Under the pieces are notes generated by a model. The model was not told the origin of the DNA, searched no databases, and worked only from the letters and a program-made list of their open reading frames with translations. 64,000 nt of DNA. It comes from an uncultured Aliarcobacter sp. (GTDB lineage: Bacteria > Campylobacterota > Campylobacteria > Campylobacterales > Arcobacteraceae). Position 1 is the stretch's first letter; each line of letters starts with the position of its first letter. This document shows positions 20,021-29,816 of this stretch, piece after piece. Location of the stretch: assembly GCA_963664305.2 (NCBI GenBank), contig CAXXLV010000002.1:960001-1024000 (forward strand), read 5' to 3'. A program made the translations under genes and the position numbers.

Positions 20021-20710
20021 TTGCAAAAAAATATTTTAATCACAGGTTGTAGTTCAGGACTTGGACTTGCTCTTACAAACTATTATTTAGAAAAAAATTT
20101 TAGAGTTTTTGGAATCAGTAGAACCAAACCAAATATAGACAATCAAAACTTTATTCATATCAATTTTGATTTATCACAAGTAGATAAAATAAAAGAAAAT
20201 CTAACTGATATTTTAAAAGAGATAAACGAATTTGAAACAGTTTTTTTAAATGCTGGAATGTTGGGAAAAATCAAAGTTTTAAAAGATTTATCAATCGAAG
20301 AGTTAAATGAAGTTTATAGTCTAAATGTCTATGCAAATAAAGAACTTTTTGATATTTTGATGAATATAAAAGTTAAAAATATCATCATAATTTCATCAGG
20401 TGCTTCAAAAAATGGCTATAAAGGATGGGCAAGTTATAGTTTATCAAAAGCTGGAGTTAATATGCTTGCGAACTTATACTCAAATGAGATGTTAAATACA
20501 AAGATATTAGCAGTAGCACCTGGAGTTATAAAAACACCTATGACTGATTATATAAGATTTGAATTAGATGAGAATATCTTTCCATCAGTAAAAAAATTAA
20601 ATGAAGGTATAGTTCAAACGCCAGAAGAAACAGCTATAAAGTTAGATAATTTGATAAATAAAATAGATGAATTTGAATCAGGAAGTTATGTTGATGTGAG
20701 ATTGATTTAA
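20021..20710 (+). CDS. Short-chain dehydrogenase/reductase
   Basis: TGCSSGLG, NAG, YSLSK. Confidence 0.92.
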   Translation: MQKNILITGCSSGLGLALTNYYLEKNFRVFGISRTKPNIDNQNFIHINFDLSQVDKIKENLTDILKEINEFETVFLNAGMLGKIKVLKDLSIEELNEVYSLNVYANKELFDILMNIKVKNIIIISSGASKNGYKGWASYSLSKAGVNMLANLYSNEMLNTKILAVAPGVIKTPMTDYIRFELDENIFPSVKKLNEGIVQTPEETAIKLDNLINKIDEFESGSYVDVRLI

Positions 20711-20734
20711 AAAGAGTAATAATACTCTTTTTAA
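20706..20734. terminator. Bidirectional terminator
   Basis: TTTAAAAAGAGTA-ATAA-TACTCTTTTTAAA between convergent genes. Confidence 0.6.
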
Positions 20735-20735
20735 A

Positions 20736-21986
20736 TTAGTGATGATGTTTTAATTTTTTCTTTTTAATAGATTTAATATTTATAATCATTGCAATAGAAA
20801 CAACTAAAGCAACCACAAAGAAACCAGCAAAAACATAAAGTGTTTCAGAGTATGAACCTGTTCTATCTTTTACCATTGAAATAATAAGTGGTCCTACAAG
20901 TCCTGCTGCTGCCCATGCTGTTAAAATATAACCATGAATTGCACCAAGTTCTTTTGTTCCAAAGATATCTCCAATATACGCAGGTATTGAAGCAAATCCT
21001 CCTCCATAACAAGTCATAATAAAATATAAAACTACTTGAAATACAACTATCTCTTTGATTGAAGGCAACATATAAAATGCTAAGATTTGAGTTGCAAAGA
21101 AAACAACATATACAACTGGTCTTGTTAAATAATCACTTATTGAAGCCCACATAAGTCTTCCTGCTCCATTGAAAATTCCCATTAAACCAACCGCTGCCGC
21201 TGCTGCAATTGCAGAAATTCCTAAAACTTCTTGAAGTAAAGGAGAAGCAACACCAATAATTGCAATACCACAAGTAATATTTATAAATAACATAATCCAA
21301 AGACCATAAAATCTTGGTGTTTTAACAGCTTGTGCTAAAGTTAAGATTTCTAAATCTTCTTTTAATTTCTTTTTACCCTCTTTGATTTTTTGTTCAAATT
21401 TTTTAGGTAAATACTCATCATGTGGTTTTTCTAAATAAAGTGCAGAAGCAAACATAATTACAAAATAACTTGCACCTAAAATAAAGAATGTTCCAGCAAT
21501 TCCAACTGCTTCAATTAAGATTTTAATTGCAGGTCCCCAAATAGCAGATGCAAATCCAAATCCCATAATAGCAAGTCCTGTTGCCATACCTCTTTTATCT
21601 GGAAACCATTTTACTAGTGTTGATACAGGAGAGATATATCCTATTCCTAAACCACAACCACCTAAAACTCCATAAAAAAAGTAAAGTAACATTTTTGATT
21701 CCATCATTATTGCAAGTCCAGACCCCATTGTTCCTAAACCAAAAAGTGATGCAGAAATAATAGCTGAAACTCTAGGACCATTTTTCTCAACAAATTTTCC
21801 CATAAGTGCAGCAGATAATCCCAAAAAGAAAATTGCAATACTAAATGCAATAGTTACATCAGTTAAATCCCATTGCATTTGTGCTTGAATTGGTTTTACA
21901 TAAACGCTCCAAGCATAAACTGAACCAATACAGATATGAACACCAACAGCACTAAGTGCCATCAGCCAACGATTTTTTTCTATCAT
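20736..21986 (-). CDS. OFA-family MFS transporter (oxalate:formate/lactate type)
   Basis: GSVYAWSV, KWFPDKRGMATG, 12 TM. Confidence 0.92.
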   Translation of the reverse strand: MIEKNRWLMALSAVGVHICIGSVYAWSVYVKPIQAQMQWDLTDVTIAFSIAIFFLGLSAALMGKFVEKNGPRVSAIISASLFGLGTMGSGLAIMMESKMLLYFFYGVLGGCGLGIGYISPVSTLVKWFPDKRGMATGLAIMGFGFASAIWGPAIKILIEAVGIAGTFFILGASYFVIMFASALYLEKPHDEYLPKKFEQKIKEGKKKLKEDLEILTLAQAVKTPRFYGLWIMLFINITCGIAIIGVASPLLQEVLGISAIAAAAAVGLMGIFNGAGRLMWASISDYLTRPVVYVVFFATQILAFYMLPSIKEIVVFQVVLYFIMTCYGGGFASIPAYIGDIFGTKELGAIHGYILTAWAAAGLVGPLIISMVKDRTGSYSETLYVFAGFFVVALVVSIAMIINIKSIKKKKLKHHH

Positions 21987-22045
21987 TTATGTCTCCTAAA
22001 ATAAAAACGTGGATTTTAGCAAATTAAGATAAAATCACTCTTATT

Positions 22046-22948
22046 TTAGTTACAAAATACTAAATTTTTTAAGCTTTTTTCTTCATTGTCAGTTATAAAT
22101 TCATTTAGATTTTCTAATCTTTTTTCAAATCTAAAGGTAGGAGCAAACTCTTTGAATTTTTCTTTTATAAAATTACTATCAAGTTCTGGAGCATTTAAAC
22201 AAGATAAAATAATACAATTATCACTTGATAATTCATCTATTCTTTTTATGATTTTTTCATAATCTTTAGTTGCTGCAAAACTTCCTTTTTGAAAAGATGG
22301 TGGGTCAATAATGATAATATCATAAGGAGCTTCTTTTTTGATTCTACTCCATGATTTTAAAATATCATAAGGCATAAATTTTACTTTTTTTGTATCAAGA
22401 TTATTTAAATAATGATTTTCTCTTCCCGTTGTTAAAGCACCTTTTGCCATATCTACATTTACAACTTGTTTTGCTTCACTGTTTATTGCAACAACAGAAA
22501 AAGCACAAGTATAAGAAAAAAGATTTAAAATATTTTTATCTTTACAAATAGAACTTATATATTCACGCCCTATTTTCATATCTAAAAAAAGTCCAATATT
22601 TTTATTATAAAAGTTAATTTTATATTTTAAACCATTTTCTAAAACTATATAAAATGGTGGAATTTCTCCCTTTATTGCTTCATTTAGATTTTCATTTTTG
22701 TATCTTCTTTGAACTATAAAAGTTTCAAAACCTTTTATTGTTGCTACTTCATCAAGAAGTTTGATAATCTCTTCTTCTTTTTCATTTTCTTCAAAAAATG
22801 TAACAAATAAAATCTCATCTAAACTATCAACAGTTAAATAATTAAAATCATCATAGAAATTTCCTCGTCCATGGAAAACTCTTTTTATCTCTTTTGTTTT
22901 ATTTTCCAGATTTTTTAAAATAATCTCTTTTAACTTTTTTAGTTCCAT
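22046..22948 (-). CDS. SAM-dependent methyltransferase, RlmI/RlmK-like
   Basis: GLFLDM, LNLFSYTCAFS, IIDPPSF; start placed at MELKK after GAGG. Confidence 0.85.
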   Translation of the reverse strand: MELKKLKEIILKNLENKTKEIKRVFHGRGNFYDDFNYLTVDSLDEILFVTFFEENEKEEEIIKLLDEVATIKGFETFIVQRRYKNENLNEAIKGEIPPFYIVLENGLKYKINFYNKNIGLFLDMKIGREYISSICKDKNILNLFSYTCAFSVVAINSEAKQVVNVDMAKGALTTGRENHYLNNLDTKKVKFMPYDILKSWSRIKKEAPYDIIIIDPPSFQKGSFAATKDYEKIIKRIDELSSDNCIILSCLNAPELDSNFIKEKFKEFAPTFRFEKRLENLNEFITDNEEKSLKNLVFCN

Positions 22949-22949
22949 T

Positions 22950-23426
22950 TTAAGCCTCAAACTCTTTAATAGAAATTACTTTATACTCAAAAATTTCACC
23001 ATTGATTTCAAATTCAAACTCTTGATTTAAACTTTTACCCAATAATGTTTTTCCAAAAGGTGATTTATTTGAGATTTTATTTTCATTTATATTAACTTCA
23101 AAAGTTCCAACAATAATAAAAGTTTTTAATTCATTTGTATCCAAATCTTCTATAACTACATGTGAACCAAAATTTACTTTTGTGTGAGGAATTTGTGTGA
23201 TATCTATTACTTCACTATTATTTATAATTTTATCAAGAAATCTAAGTCTTTTATCGCAATTTCTTATTTGTTCTTTTGCAGCAATATACTCGGCATTTTC
23301 ACTTCTATCGCCAAGTTGAGCTGCTATTTCTTTCTCTTTTACCCAAAAAGATTTCTCTTTTAGTAAACTTTTAAACTCTTCAACTATTTTTTCATAACCA
23401 TTTTTTGTAATTAAATCTTTATTCAT
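22950..23426 (-). CDS. Transcription elongation factor, GreA/GreB family
   Basis: GDRSENAEY, IS..SPFGK. Confidence 0.92.
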   Translation of the reverse strand: MNKDLITKNGYEKIVEEFKSLLKEKSFWVKEKEIAAQLGDRSENAEYIAAKEQIRNCDKRLRFLDKIINNSEVIDITQIPHTKVNFGSHVVIEDLDTNELKTFIIVGTFEVNINENKISNKSPFGKTLLGKSLNQEFEFEINGEIFEYKVISIKEFEA

Positions 23427-23438
23427 AAAGAAATTATA

Positions 23439-23738
23439 TTAAGTTTTTTTATATTTTTTCGTTAATCTCGCATAATCATAAAAATCACTTAACATCAAAT
23501 ATCTCATTTGCATATCTTGGAATTTTCTAACAACCATAAAATTTCCTTCATTAAAAAGCCTAACATCATCAATAAACTCTTTTGGATATTCAAGTTTTTC
23601 AGCTTTTATAGAAGAAAAACACTCCATAAAATCTAAAAAAAGGGATTCAATAATTTCCTCTTTCTCTTTTGAAGGTTGGGTTAAAAAATCCTGAACACTC
23701 TCGAACTCTTTACAAATTTCAATTAAACATTTGTGCAT
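23439..23738 (-). CDS. Hypothetical protein
   Basis: Operonic ORF overlapping the upstream gene. Confidence 0.7.
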   Translation of the reverse strand: MHKCLIEICKEFESVQDFLTQPSKEKEEIIESLFLDFMECFSSIKAEKLEYPKEFIDDVRLFNEGNFMVVRKFQDMQMRYLMLSDFYDYARLTKKYKKT

Positions 23739-24145
23739 GAGTCACTACTTAAACAGCTATTTATTTTTTTATCTGTATCTATTTTTAGATTTAAAATTTT
23801 ATTGATTTTTTCAACATCAAAACCACAGATTTTATTTCCATTTATTTCCATCAATGGTCTTTTTATCAAAATTGGATTTTTTATCATAAGATTTATAACT
23901 TCATCTTTTGAGAGATTTTTTATATTTATTTCACCTGCTTTTATTTGCGGAGCAAAAGGATTAAACATCTCTTCTACACTTAAATCTTCAAAATAAGCAC
24001 TTAACTCTTCATAACTCCATTTTGTATCAAGCAAACTTTTTACTTCAAAATTAATACCATAACTTTTTAATAACTCTTTTTGTCTAGAGTTTCCTGAACA
24101 TCCTGTTTTTTCATAAAACTCAAAAGTATAAAACCCAAATCCCAT
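23723..24145 (-). CDS. ArsC/Spx-family thioredoxin-fold protein (nitrogenase-associated-protein type)
   Basis: YEKTGCSGNSRQK, PILIKRPL, GFD. Confidence 0.8.
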   Translation of the reverse strand: MGFGFYTFEFYEKTGCSGNSRQKELLKSYGINFEVKSLLDTKWSYEELSAYFEDLSVEEMFNPFAPQIKAGEINIKNLSKDEVINLMIKNPILIKRPLMEINGNKICGFDVEKINKILNLKIDTDKKINSCLSSDSCTNV

Positions 24146-24159
24146 AATTTCCCCTTTTT

Positions 24160-24870
24160 TTAAATTAATTTTTCTGATAACTTTTTTATTGTCATTTTTT
24201 GAAGAAGATGTAAATTTGATTTTTCAATCCATTTATCCACCTCATTTTTATAATGTTTTAGTATTAAAATATGGATTTTTTCTTTTTTTTCTATAATCTC
24301 TTCTAAATGTTCTTTTAACTCTTCTTGGTTTAGTTCTCTTAAATCTTTTAGTTTAAAAAAAAGTGCTTCTTTAAAAGTTTCATCAATAAACTTTTCAGCT
24401 TTTTGCATAAAAATAGTTGCTTCTATTTCATCTGCAAATATGTCATTCCATTTTCTTCCATTTTTAAGCTGGTCAACTGCGACTTCTAAAAAAACTGGAA
24501 CAATATCCAAAACCTTATTTAACTCTTTGAAATCATCATCAACAAGGGAACGAAATAACATTCTAGTTCTATTTTTTATTTTTACTCGTAAATTTGGATT
24601 TTCAATTACTTCTTTATGCAAAAGAGTAAATCTTTTTAAAGCATTTAATTTTGAGTGATTAAAAGCCATTATTGAAACCAGAGGGTCAATATCTTTTATT
24701 TGAGCTTCACAAGAACCATTTGGTCTACAAAATGCCCAATAAAGTCTAGCTTCCATATCTGGATGATTTAGATATTTCTCATCACCTAAGGCTTCAAAAT
24801 CATCTTCATCTTTTAGTATTTCAACCTCATCTTTATATGTTAAATTGAATAACTCTTCCATCTTTTTCAA
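24160..24870 (-). CDS. Hypothetical protein
   Basis: 236-aa ORF overlapping the end of the vWA gene. Confidence 0.75.
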   Translation of the reverse strand: MKKMEELFNLTYKDEVEILKDEDDFEALGDEKYLNHPDMEARLYWAFCRPNGSCEAQIKDIDPLVSIMAFNHSKLNALKRFTLLHKEVIENPNLRVKIKNRTRMLFRSLVDDDFKELNKVLDIVPVFLEVAVDQLKNGRKWNDIFADEIEATIFMQKAEKFIDETFKEALFFKLKDLRELNQEELKEHLEEIIEKKEKIHILILKHYKNEVDKWIEKSNLHLLQKMTIKKLSEKLI

Positions 24871-26020
24871 ACTTTCTTAGATTTTTTTTATTACTGATTA
24901 TAAAAAGTGTATTACATAAAAGAGATTCTGTTAATTCAAACTCTCCATCACTTAAAACAATCAATAAGCTATCATTTCTTACTTCACTTGATTTTTTTAA
25001 ATATCTCAAACATTCATCAAAATTTGTACCACCATTTGATTTTGGGATTAATAATTCATCACTTGAAAGGGGATTAAAACTATCAAACTTTATGATATAT
25101 TCACTTCGCACTTTTAAATCAAAAGGTAAAATCTCTACATTATATTCATAAAAACTATCTGCTATTTCGCCTATAATTCCCAAAAACTTTTTATATTCAT
25201 CAAGGGTTACACTAGAAGAACTATCAAGAGCTATATAGATATTTAGATTATCGTTTAGCTTTTTTGTTCCAGGCATATAAATACCATTACTTATGAACCT
25301 TTTATTTGGTCTTTCATAAGAGAGTTGTTTTTCAAAAAAAGAGCTTATTAAATACTCTTTTAACTCATCACTTAGATTTATTTCTGGTTTGATTAAAGTA
25401 TCTATTTCAATACTCATTCCCTCATATAAATTTGAAGCTTTTTTTGCAATACTCAAAGCTTGAATAATAATCCCATCAAGTTTTTCTTGATCTATTTTTT
25501 CATTTTTCACATACACCTCATCTAAATCTAGTTTTGATTTGTCATATTCATTTGAATCTAAAGTTCCATCTTTATCAGGATTTGTTTTTCCTATTTCTTC
25601 TTTTTTCTTTTTATAAAGTATTTCATATACCTCTTCAACACACTTATCTTTTAATGTTAAATCAAAAATCTCATCAACTGGTCTTGAACCAATATTTGTA
25701 AAAGTCGAAAGAATATTGTTTATTACAATATCACAAGCTTTATTCCAAATATAACTATCCCTTGTTTTTTGTCTATATGGATGTTTTAAAACTATATGAA
25801 GTAATGTGTGTGCGTAAAGGTAAGTTATCTCTTCTTTTGTATATTTCTTAAGTTTATTTGTATCAATAGTGATTTTAAAACCATTTGTTAAAAAAGCACT
25901 ATTTTTATTTTCATCATAAGAAGTTTCTATACTCAAAGCTAAAACAGATAAAAAAGGATGATTAAATAAGAAATTAACTCTTATTTTTTCAAATACATCT
26001 TTATATGATGTAGTCTGCAT
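24833..26020 (-). CDS. DUF2201-type metallopeptidase-like plus vWA domain protein
   Basis: AHTLLHIVLKH and WNKACDIVIN N-terminal domain; MIDAS DSSSS, GGT, LSDG; start placed at MQTT. Confidence 0.85.
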   Translation of the reverse strand: MQTTSYKDVFEKIRVNFLFNHPFLSVLALSIETSYDENKNSAFLTNGFKITIDTNKLKKYTKEEITYLYAHTLLHIVLKHPYRQKTRDSYIWNKACDIVINNILSTFTNIGSRPVDEIFDLTLKDKCVEEVYEILYKKKKEEIGKTNPDKDGTLDSNEYDKSKLDLDEVYVKNEKIDQEKLDGIIIQALSIAKKASNLYEGMSIEIDTLIKPEINLSDELKEYLISSFFEKQLSYERPNKRFISNGIYMPGTKKLNDNLNIYIALDSSSSVTLDEYKKFLGIIGEIADSFYEYNVEILPFDLKVRSEYIIKFDSFNPLSSDELLIPKSNGGTNFDECLRYLKKSSEVRNDSLLIVLSDGEFELTESLLCNTLFIISNKKNLRKFEKDGRVIQFNI

Positions 26021-27008
26021 ATTTTTCAATCCACTCATCAAATTCACCTAATGTTGTAATCTCTTCATCTTTTACAATTAAATCTTTAATAAGCATTACT
26101 GCAAACTCAACTGGCAGTTTTTTACTATAAGCAAAGATATTTACAGCTTGATTACAATCTTTATATTTTTCAATAACTGCTGAACATAAAGCATATAAAG
26201 CACTAGGTTCGTTTGGAACTACATCACAAGTTCCTTCTAATATCTCATCAATATTTGGTAAAGTCTCATAAACTTTAATAAACGAAATAAACTCTATTGC
26301 AGCTGCATATCCAACTGTTCCATAAATAATTGGTGAGATAACTGATACATCACTCTCATTTTTTAAAATAGTTGATAACATACTCCAAGCTCTTGGCGTA
26401 CAAAAAGCGGGATTTGTTTCAGTAGAATTTGGAACTTCACTACTTAATAAATCAGGTCTAAATCCTAAAAAACCTAAAATATATGAATGAATACCATTTA
26501 AAATTGCCCAATTTTTAAAATCATCATATTTAGCTTCTAGTAATAAATGAACCATTCTATTTACAAGTGGACTTGGAAGTTTAAAAACAATTCCTTTATC
26601 ATTTATTTTATTTCCAGCACAAACTATTTTCCAATTTTTTGGAAGGGAATACTCCCCTATTTTTCTATCAAGAACTAACTGATAAATAGCAGCTTGAACA
26701 GAAAGTGAAGCTGAGTTTAACTCATCTAAAAATAATATTCCACTAGAGTTTTCATCTTTTGGTAAAAAAATTGGACTCATCCAAACTGTTTGATTATCTA
26801 AAATTGCAGGAATTCCTCGTAAATCAACTGCATCAAGTTGAGAAAGCCTAACATCAATCAACTCCAAATTATTCTTTTTTGCAATATCATTTACTATATA
26901 TGATTTTCCAATTCCTGGACTTCCATGTATAAATACAGGAATATCACTTTTTAATAATATTTGTAATTGTTTGTATAATTCTTGTGTTCCAATTGCAGGA
27001 GTTACCAT
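26001..27008 (-). CDS. MoxR-like AAA+ ATPase
   Basis: GSPGIGKS, DLRGIP, LFLDELN, AGN, NRM, TPRAW. Confidence 0.9.
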   Translation of the reverse strand: MVTPAIGTQELYKQLQILLKSDIPVFIHGSPGIGKSYIVNDIAKKNNLELIDVRLSQLDAVDLRGIPAILDNQTVWMSPIFLPKDENSSGILFLDELNSASLSVQAAIYQLVLDRKIGEYSLPKNWKIVCAGNKINDKGIVFKLPSPLVNRMVHLLLEAKYDDFKNWAILNGIHSYILGFLGFRPDLLSSEVPNSTETNPAFCTPRAWSMLSTILKNESDVSVISPIIYGTVGYAAAIEFISFIKVYETLPNIDEILEGTCDVVPNEPSALYALCSAVIEKYKDCNQAVNIFAYSKKLPVEFAVMLIKDLIVKDEEITTLGEFDEWIEKYADYII

Positions 27009-27107
27009 ATTTCAACCTATTTTTTTCTTTCAAGTATGCAATTTTTATACCTTTTCTTTCAAAGTTCAGTTAAGTTATACTTCTACTTTTTAAAACTAGG
27101 AGTTGCT

Positions 27108-27986
27108 TTGCCATATATAAAAAAAGAGTTTGAAACAATAAAAGGTAAAAAGATTGAAGATTTTTTAGAAACTTTAAATCTTGATTTAAAACTAACTCTA
27201 TCTTTACTTGAAAAAGGCAAAATAAGTGATGAAAATAACAATCGTTTACAAAAAAATCAAATCTTAAAATCAAACTATATTTATATAACTATTTTTGAAC
27301 CTCTCTCATATGGTTTAAAACCAATATTTGAAACTTTTCATTTTGCTATTTTTGATAAACCAAGTGGAGTAACTGTTCATCCTTTAACTCATCAACTAAA
27401 CCTATATACTCTTTTAGATGAAATTAGATTTTATTTAGGAGAAAAAGCTTCTTTAGTTCATAGAATTGATACAGAAACATCTGGATTAGTTTTAGTTGCT
27501 AAAAATGCTTTTAGTGATATGTTTTTAAAAGCTATGTTTGAAGAAAAAGAGTATATAAAAAAATATAAAGCTATTGTTTTTGGAAAAATAGATAAAGCTA
27601 TAAAAATAGACACACCTATTACAAATAATGATGGAATTATAAAACTAAAAATGAAAACTCATCCAAACGGTAAAAACTCAACAACTTTGATAACGCCTAT
27701 ATCTTATGATGAAAATAAAAATCAAACTTTAGTTGAGGCTATCCCACTAACAGGAAGACAACATCAAATAAGAGTTCATTTAGACTCTATTGGTCACTCT
27801 ATAATTGGAGATACACTTTATGGAGTTGATATAGATTTTGCAAATGATTTTTTAAATAAAAGAGTTTCAGCTGAAAAAAGAGAAGAAGGTACAAAGGCTA
27901 AAAGATTGATGTTACAAGCAGATTATTTAGAGTTTAAATTTTTAGATACGATTTATAAATTTTCTTCAAAACAAAAGTTTGAGTAG
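27108..27986 (+). CDS. RluA-family pseudouridine synthase
   Basis: DKPSGVTVHP, HRIDTETSG, TGRQHQIRVH; TTG start at 27108 after AGGAG. Confidence 0.93.
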   Translation: MPYIKKEFETIKGKKIEDFLETLNLDLKLTLSLLEKGKISDENNNRLQKNQILKSNYIYITIFEPLSYGLKPIFETFHFAIFDKPSGVTVHPLTHQLNLYTLLDEIRFYLGEKASLVHRIDTETSGLVLVAKNAFSDMFLKAMFEEKEYIKKYKAIVFGKIDKAIKIDTPITNNDGIIKLKMKTHPNGKNSTTLITPISYDENKNQTLVEAIPLTGRQHQIRVHLDSIGHSIIGDTLYGVDIDFANDFLNKRVSAEKREEGTKAKRLMLQADYLEFKFLDTIYKFSSKQKFE

Positions 27987-28012
27987 CCCAATCAAAAGAT
28001 TGGAACTACTAA

Positions 28013-29170
28013 CTATTTTGCAAGTTTGTCAACCCACGCACTTATAGGTTTAACAATTTTTTGTAATAGGATACTTAAGATTATAAATGAAATCATCCAA
28101 GCAATTACTGCTGCCCAAGATGGTAAGAAGTCAAAAAACACATCATATCTTCCAATTAATGGCCAGTGAATTAAATAAACTTCAAATGAATAAATTCCAT
28201 AAATTGCTAAAAACTTATTATCAAATTTTTTCAATGAGAATATAATCATCAATGCAAGCATAATAACTATTGAAGTAAATTGGTCAACATAGAAACCTTG
28301 TCCTAAAATAGAAGTCAATGTTGGCCAATGATTTGCTGTTGTATGTAAAGACATATATACAACAAGAACTATCATAGCTAATATGATAATACATCTGAAT
28401 ATGTTTGAATTATTTCTAAACTCTTTAATAGAAGTTACTAGTTTATTTTCTTTATCTTTACTCTCTTGTAAAAGCCAAGCTAAAATAATACCAATAGAAA
28501 ATGCAACTGTATGAAGTCTATGAAGCCAGTTATCCCCTAAATTTAAAGGATTGTATGTTCCAATAAGTGTTGCAATTACTGCTAAAACTATAGCTGTTAA
28601 CCAAGGTCTTTTTGCACTAAAAAAGATTGGATATAAAATATAAAACATTAACATCCAAGTAATATACCAAAAAGGTGAGTTTACGTCACCAAATCCAACA
28701 GCCGTTGGGAACCAACCAAATACAGATTGAATCATATATGGAAGGGGATAAGTTATACCTAAAAAGATTGCATCAGCTGCAAAAATAATGATTAAAGCAA
28801 CCCAAAATGGAATAAATATCTTAATTACTCTTCTTTTGTAAAAATCTAAAGTACTCATCGGTTTTTTTAACATACTAACTGTTAAACCATAACCAGACAT
28901 AACCAAGAATAAATCTACTCCAACTCCAGCAATTATCGATAAAGGGAAAAGAAAATCAGGATTTGTAACTTTCATATATGCAAAGTGAGCAAATACAACT
29001 GTTAAAATACCAAAACCTTTTAACTCTTCAGTTACAGGAATTGGAAATATATCTGTTCTTTGAGATTTTCTAAATGTTAGTAATAAAACTACTAACAAAA
29101 CAGCAATAACGATATTTGTTGATAATCCTACATTATCAGTCAAAGTAATAGGCGACAACGTGTTTGGCAT
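28013..29170 (-). CDS. Acyltransferase-3 family membrane protein
   Basis: LKGFGIL..H, GVDLFLVMSGYG, FYKRR, SFEVYLIH. Confidence 0.88.
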   Translation of the reverse strand: MPNTLSPITLTDNVGLSTNIVIAVLLVVLLLTFRKSQRTDIFPIPVTEELKGFGILTVVFAHFAYMKVTNPDFLFPLSIIAGVGVDLFLVMSGYGLTVSMLKKPMSTLDFYKRRVIKIFIPFWVALIIIFAADAIFLGITYPLPYMIQSVFGWFPTAVGFGDVNSPFWYITWMLMFYILYPIFFSAKRPWLTAIVLAVIATLIGTYNPLNLGDNWLHRLHTVAFSIGIILAWLLQESKDKENKLVTSIKEFRNNSNIFRCIIILAMIVLVVYMSLHTTANHWPTLTSILGQGFYVDQFTSIVIMLALMIIFSLKKFDNKFLAIYGIYSFEVYLIHWPLIGRYDVFFDFLPSWAAVIAWMISFIILSILLQKIVKPISAWVDKLAK

Positions 29171-29333
29171 TCAAGCTCCAAAAGTTAAGATATCATTAAA
29201 ACAATCCTCTATTTCCTTGTAAAATAAAGAATTAATTCTTCAGTGGTCAATATAATATCTTAAAATCTTTTATTAACTACTTATATAAAAATCATTTATT
29301 TAATTATAAAATACCTATAAATCGGTCTTTATT

Positions 29334-29765
29334 CTAATTCACTTCTAATTTTTTTTTGTGTAGTGTAAGCTTTGATGTTTTTAAATGTCCAGTTAAATCG
29401 CTATCCATATTCAACAAATGATAATGGAACCAATAAGGCAATTTTTCTAAATAAAATGATTTTAATATATTCATTCCAAATACACTTGCAGATTTATCAA
29501 TAAAAAACTCTAACTCTGCAATTAATTTATTATGCTCATTTTTGTGTTCCCTAACTCTTGGATATTTAGCTCTATCCATAAGTTTTTCTTCTTTCATAAA
29601 ATGATTTTTTGAATGCATAAGTAAAGCCATAGCTTTTGATTTTATACTGTCATTTGAACTTATATCTACACTATTGTAAATATCTATAAATTCCATATGT
29701 AAATTGTCCATAACTTCGTAATTTAAAAGATGATTTTCTTTTTTTATTAACTTTAACTCCTTCAT
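29334..29765 (-). CDS. Bacteriohemerythrin
   Basis: H..HFMKEE..HKNEH..HLLNMD di-iron ligands. Confidence 0.88.
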   Translation of the reverse strand: MKELKLIKKENHLLNYEVMDNLHMEFIDIYNSVDISSNDSIKSKAMALLMHSKNHFMKEEKLMDRAKYPRVREHKNEHNKLIAELEFFIDKSASVFGMNILKSFYLEKLPYWFHYHLLNMDSDLTGHLKTSKLTLHKKKLEVN

Positions 29766-29816
29766 TGTAATCCCCCTCCTATTTTGGAATTACAATGCAA
29801 TTGGTATTCCATAAAG

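Noticed and set aside
23723..24145. Nitrogen fixation inferred from the nitrogenase-associated ArsC-like protein
   Set aside because: No nif genes in the window; the family name alone is not evidence.
26982..27107. N-terminal extension of RluA overlapping the AAA gene, and similar long starts at 31208, 33385, 35055, 43433 and 50543
   Set aside because: Downstream starts have a better RBS or fit the expected family N-terminus; the extensions look like longest-ORF artefacts.
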